From an uncultured Clostridium sp. (GTDB taxonomy: Bacteria > Bacillota > Clostridia > TANB77 > CAG-465), in contig CANAIR010000001.1 in the NCBI GenBank assembly GCA_947361355.1, positions 64,215-128,214 on the forward strand: a stretch of 64,000 nucleotides of DNA, given 5' to 3'. Numbering within the stretch: the stretch's first letter is position 1; each line of letters opens with the position of its first letter. The position numbers and the translations under genes are program-made. The notes below the pieces were generated by a model. The model had not been told where the DNA came from and ran no database searches. It worked only from the letters and a program-made list of their open reading frames with translations. This document shows positions 60,695 to 64,000 of the stretch, one piece after another.

Positions 60695-60742
60695 GCAAAA
60701 AAATCCACATTATTAAACAAAAAAGTTTAATAATATGGATTT
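60695..60742 (-). terminator. Rho-independent terminator of the loader gene
   Basis: Minus-strand stem ATCCATATTATTAAAC/GTTTAATAATGTGGAT followed by TTTTTTT. Confidence 0.75.
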
Positions 60743-60785
60743 GAACAAAAAACTAAAATTCATTTATCTTTTCTATTATTTCTTT

Positions 60786-61799
60786 TTATATTTTACTTAT
60801 CCTTTTTTTTTTAAGTCTTATATCATCGCCAACAAACTTACAAATATTAAATTCTCCGATAAGTCTAGACATTACTCTTTCATCATACCTTTCAAAAAGT
60901 TGGTTTAATGTTAAATTAGTAGAAATTAAAATCTTTTTATTTTTAGTAAGCCTTGTATTTATAATCTTAAATAATTCTGTATATTTATTATTAGTCATTG
61001 TTTCTGTTCCAAGGTCATCTATAATAAGAAGATCTACATCAAATATTTTTTCATATTGTAACTTATCTTTATCTTCAAAAGAAAATGAAAGTTTCATTAT
61101 CTTATCCATTAGTATCGGTGATGTTTGATATATTACTGAATTTCCATTTTGCAAAACTTTTTTAGCTATACAATTAGATAAAAAAGTCTTACCAAGTCCT
61201 GTATTACCAACAAATAACAAATTCTTTTGTTCTTTAGATAAAATATTATTTGCAAACTTTTCTGAGATCTTCTTTATTTGTTCTATATTTTTTCTTGGAG
61301 ATTTCTTTGCTCCATATTTTTCTTCATTAACTACATCTGAATAATATCCAAAATCAAAAGTTTCAAAATTTTCTTCGTAAATTCTTTCCAAATTTATTTG
61401 TTGATATGTTTCATTTATTACTTGTTGTGTAAAACAAGAACAATACTCTGTTTTATTATCTTTTACAACAAAACCTGTGTCTTTACAAATTTTACAATCA
61501 AAATTAGGTTCAAAATAACTATTACTAATACCTATTTTTTTTAATTCATTATCTATTTTCTTATCTATTTTTTTTAACTTTATTTCTAAATTTTCTTGCT
61601 CTATTTGTTTATCTAAATCATTCATAGTAAGCATTTTTCTAAATATATTAACAGCAATCAAATTTTTTTCCTCTTCCAGCTTTTTTAATGAAGGTGAATC
61701 ATTATATATCTTTTCTTTTTTTAATTTTGCTTCATTAATTTTTTTTTCTCTTTTTTGTTCATATTCTTTTATTTTCTTTTTATATATTTCTAAATCCAT
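60786..61799 (-). CDS. dnaI: DnaI/DnaC-like replicative helicase loader (IstB-like AAA+ ATPase)
   Basis: N-terminal zinc motif CKICKDTGF...CSC. Walker A GNTGLGKTF and Walker B LLIIDDLG. Confidence 0.8.
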   Translation of the reverse strand: MDLEIYKKKIKEYEQKREKKINEAKLKKEKIYNDSPSLKKLEEEKNLIAVNIFRKMLTMNDLDKQIEQENLEIKLKKIDKKIDNELKKIGISNSYFEPNFDCKICKDTGFVVKDNKTEYCSCFTQQVINETYQQINLERIYEENFETFDFGYYSDVVNEEKYGAKKSPRKNIEQIKKISEKFANNILSKEQKNLLFVGNTGLGKTFLSNCIAKKVLQNGNSVIYQTSPILMDKIMKLSFSFEDKDKLQYEKIFDVDLLIIDDLGTETMTNNKYTELFKIINTRLTKNKKILISTNLTLNQLFERYDERVMSRLIGEFNICKFVGDDIRLKKKRISKI

Positions 61800-61833
61800 A
61801 CGCTACCCTTACCAATTTACAATATACTTATAT

Positions 61834-62805
61834 CTAAAAATTATCATAAAATGATTCCAAATCATTATATTTTCTTTGCTCATAGTTTTTAAACTTTGAA
61901 TTTTGAATTTCTTTTGCACTACTTCTAGAATTACTTCTATTAACGTTTTTGTTTTCATCACATTCCAATTTTTTTAAGTCTTCGACATTTTTAATACCTT
62001 TTTTATGCCAGTTATTAAGTATTCCATTAATATAACTAATAGTTGGGTTAGCAACTGTAACTGTTCTTTTAAGTGCTTCTTCAATAATTGCAAAATCATA
62101 GCCAAAATCTTTAATCCACGAATTTATGTATTGTTCTTCATATTTAGTTATATTTCTATTAAGTCTTAAAGATTTTACAATCTTTTGTTTTATCTTTTGA
62201 ATTACATCATAGCTTTCCAAAAATTCTTCTAATTGTTCAAAAGTTTTCACTCCACCATTATACCAATTTTCTGCCACAGCATATACATATTTTTTATTTA
62301 AAGCTTTTCTTTCTTGACAATAATGAAAAAGTGCTATCATAACTTCCTCAGAAAATGAGTAGTTCTTAAATAACGTTCCTATATCTGTATACCAACCAAG
62401 TGACATAATTCCTTGAAAAAAAGATTCATTTATAGCCTCTGCTGCCGCAATTCTTTTTCTTTCAAGTTCTGTTTGTACACGATTGATTTTTGGTTCCATT
62501 TTAGGTATATATGACTTATTTACTTCTATTTCTTTTAAATCTACTATATTAAATCCTTGTGATGTCTTAACAATTAGTTCTTCAGTTTGCAATCTATCCA
62601 AACTAAAACTTAGTTCATTTTCAGTAATACATAGTTTCTTAGCAAATGTAGCATTATCCATTTCAGTCTGATTTTTATTTAAAAATAGCATGTATAAATA
62701 CACTTTAATATCTACTGCTTCTAACGAAATCATATAATTTAATATAAATAAGTCTGGTACAAGAATATCACTTAGTTCCATTTTGCTTTTTTTTACAAAT
62801 TTCAT
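61834..62805 (-). CDS. DnaD-domain replication initiation/membrane attachment protein (Firmicute DnaB/DnaD family)
   Basis: AENWYNGGVKTFEQLEEF and YINGILNNWHKKGIKNVEDL are two DnaD-like C-terminal repeats. Adjacent to the loader, as in Firmicutes. Confidence 0.75.
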   Translation of the reverse strand: MKFVKKSKMELSDILVPDLFILNYMISLEAVDIKVYLYMLFLNKNQTEMDNATFAKKLCITENELSFSLDRLQTEELIVKTSQGFNIVDLKEIEVNKSYIPKMEPKINRVQTELERKRIAAAEAINESFFQGIMSLGWYTDIGTLFKNYSFSEEVMIALFHYCQERKALNKKYVYAVAENWYNGGVKTFEQLEEFLESYDVIQKIKQKIVKSLRLNRNITKYEEQYINSWIKDFGYDFAIIEEALKRTVTVANPTISYINGILNNWHKKGIKNVEDLKKLECDENKNVNRSNSRSSAKEIQNSKFKNYEQRKYNDLESFYDNF

Positions 62806-62943
62806 AAAAGACTCTCCTATAATCTATGATTATAAATTATATCATTTTAATATAGTTTTTACAACAATAGCATTAAAAATTGAAAATATTCTTTAAAATA
62901 TATAAATAATAAAATTTAGAATCTAGAAAATTAATTTTAGATT

Positions 62944-63285
62944 CTATAATAGTTTTTTTACATACATTTGATTTTTTAAATTAACTACATACTCTCTTTT
63001 TACAAAAATAGCATTATTAAAAGTAAACTTCAACATAATTAAAAGCATATCAATTGCACTATCATTTCCTAAATTTATTAATAAAATAGATATTACAGGA
63101 ATAACTAAAAATATAAATACATAAATTAAATATTCTAATTTTAATGGTACAATACGTAAAATAGATACTACTACAAAAACATATATAATAATTACTACTA
63201 ATGACCTATAGTCTATTATCCCTAACCATTTATTTTTTCTCTTATAATTTGAATAAATCTGTACTTTTTCATTTTCAATTAACAT
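62944..63285 (-). CDS. Small two-TM protein, possibly PrgI/VirB3-like (TcpE-like)
   Basis: SD AGGAG. 113 aa with a hairpin of two long hydrophobic helices preceded by a KWLGIIDYRSL-type motif. The assignment is tentative. Confidence 0.35.
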   Translation of the reverse strand: MLIENEKVQIYSNYKRKNKWLGIIDYRSLVVIIIYVFVVVSILRIVPLKLEYLIYVFIFLVIPVISILLINLGNDSAIDMLLIMLKFTFNNAIFVKREYVVNLKNQMYVKKLL

Positions 63286-63303
63286 ATTTTTTACTCCTAC
63301 AAT

Positions 63304-64000
63304 TTAACTAAAAAAATTAAAATTTTTAACTTGTGATGAAAATTTAACAAATATTTCCTTCGTAAAATAATTAATTTTATATATTAAATAAATAGTTCCT
63401 ACAAGTATAATTTTATACATTATATTATTAGTATGTTTATACATAATTGGTATAATAATTATTAACTTTACTATTATTTGTATAAAAAGATTCGTGACAA
63501 AAATTTTCAACCAAGTTTTAAAAAATTCTATACTTAATTCACTTGCAATGCTAACTAAAGCAAATGGTGAAATTATTATCAAAAAAATAATTGTTACATA
63601 TCTTATAGAAAAATTAATCAAAACTGATACTGCCCCAAATGAAATTATACCTTTTATAATACCATCTAAACTTAATAAATCAGAGTTCATAAAATCATTT
63701 ATAGATACTATTATTTCCTTTAAATTTTCAAAATTTACTACTTTTCCAGATATACTTTTTGCAAATTGATCTATACTATTAGTAAATAATTCAAATATAT
63801 TTAATATTTGCTCACAAATATAATAGCTTGAATTTACTAATATTGCAACAAATATAATCCTTATGATAAAAGAATACATATTTTGGACCTTATTTCCATT
63901 ATACATTGACAATAAATTTGATAAAACATAATAAATAAAAAAAAGTAGGATTAAGGAATTAGCTATAACTACCAACCCATTTAGCTTATTTTCAAAAAAT
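63304..64000 (-). CDS. Polytopic membrane protein, possibly VirB6/TrbL-like. 3' part only; the N-terminus lies beyond the window end
   Basis: The reading frame stays open through position 64000 (..FFENKLNGLVVIANS..), so the track's TTG start is not real. At least five hydrophobic helices. The assignment is tentative. Confidence 0.35.
   Translation of the reverse strand, partial: FFENKLNGLVVIANSLILLFFIYYVLSNLLSMYNGNKVQNMYSFIIRIIFVAILVNSSYYICEQILNIFELFTNSIDQFAKSISGKVVNFENLKEIIVSINDFMNSDLLSLDGIIKGIISFGAVSVLINFSIRYVTIIFLIIISPFALVSIASELSIEFFKTWLKIFVTNLFIQIIVKLIIIIPIMYKHTNNIMYKIILVGTIYLIYKINYFTKEIFVKFSSQVKNFNFFS

Overview
Very AT-rich chromosomal segment of a low-GC Firmicute (Clostridia-like gene content and synteny). 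Most genes are on the minus strand. The housekeeping backbone includes tyrS, valS (behind a T-box leader), metG, proS, dnaX-ybaB-recR, murI, gyrA, holB, ricT/yaaT, lepB, acpS, tatD, a two-component pair, and a DnaD-family plus DnaI/DnaC-like loader pair. The RNA genes I can support are tRNA-Glu(CUC), tRNA-Pro(UGG), a short SRP RNA directly upstream of dnaX, and RNase P RNA. Accessory content is interspersed:
- An 11-repeat type I-B-like CRISPR array with no cas gene anywhere in the window.
- A split HipA-family kinase module: a HipT-like kinase core followed by two HipS-like small proteins, with no HTH partner. This is my top candidate for an undescribed system.
- A roughly 9.4 kb block between the SRP RNA and RNase P RNA. 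It holds a VirD4/TraG-type coupling protein frameshifted inside its Walker A motif, several unknown proteins, and an (AC)13 dinucleotide repeat inside an SD-led mini-ORF. It also holds two paralogous prepilin-like modular proteins, one fused to an FGE/sulfatase-modifying-factor domain.
- Two nucleoside-2-deoxyribosyltransferase-like proteins, one fused to an HD domain.
- A truncated VirB6-like/PrgI-like membrane pair at the right edge.

All calls rest on reading the sequence and on motif recall. No database search or computation was run.
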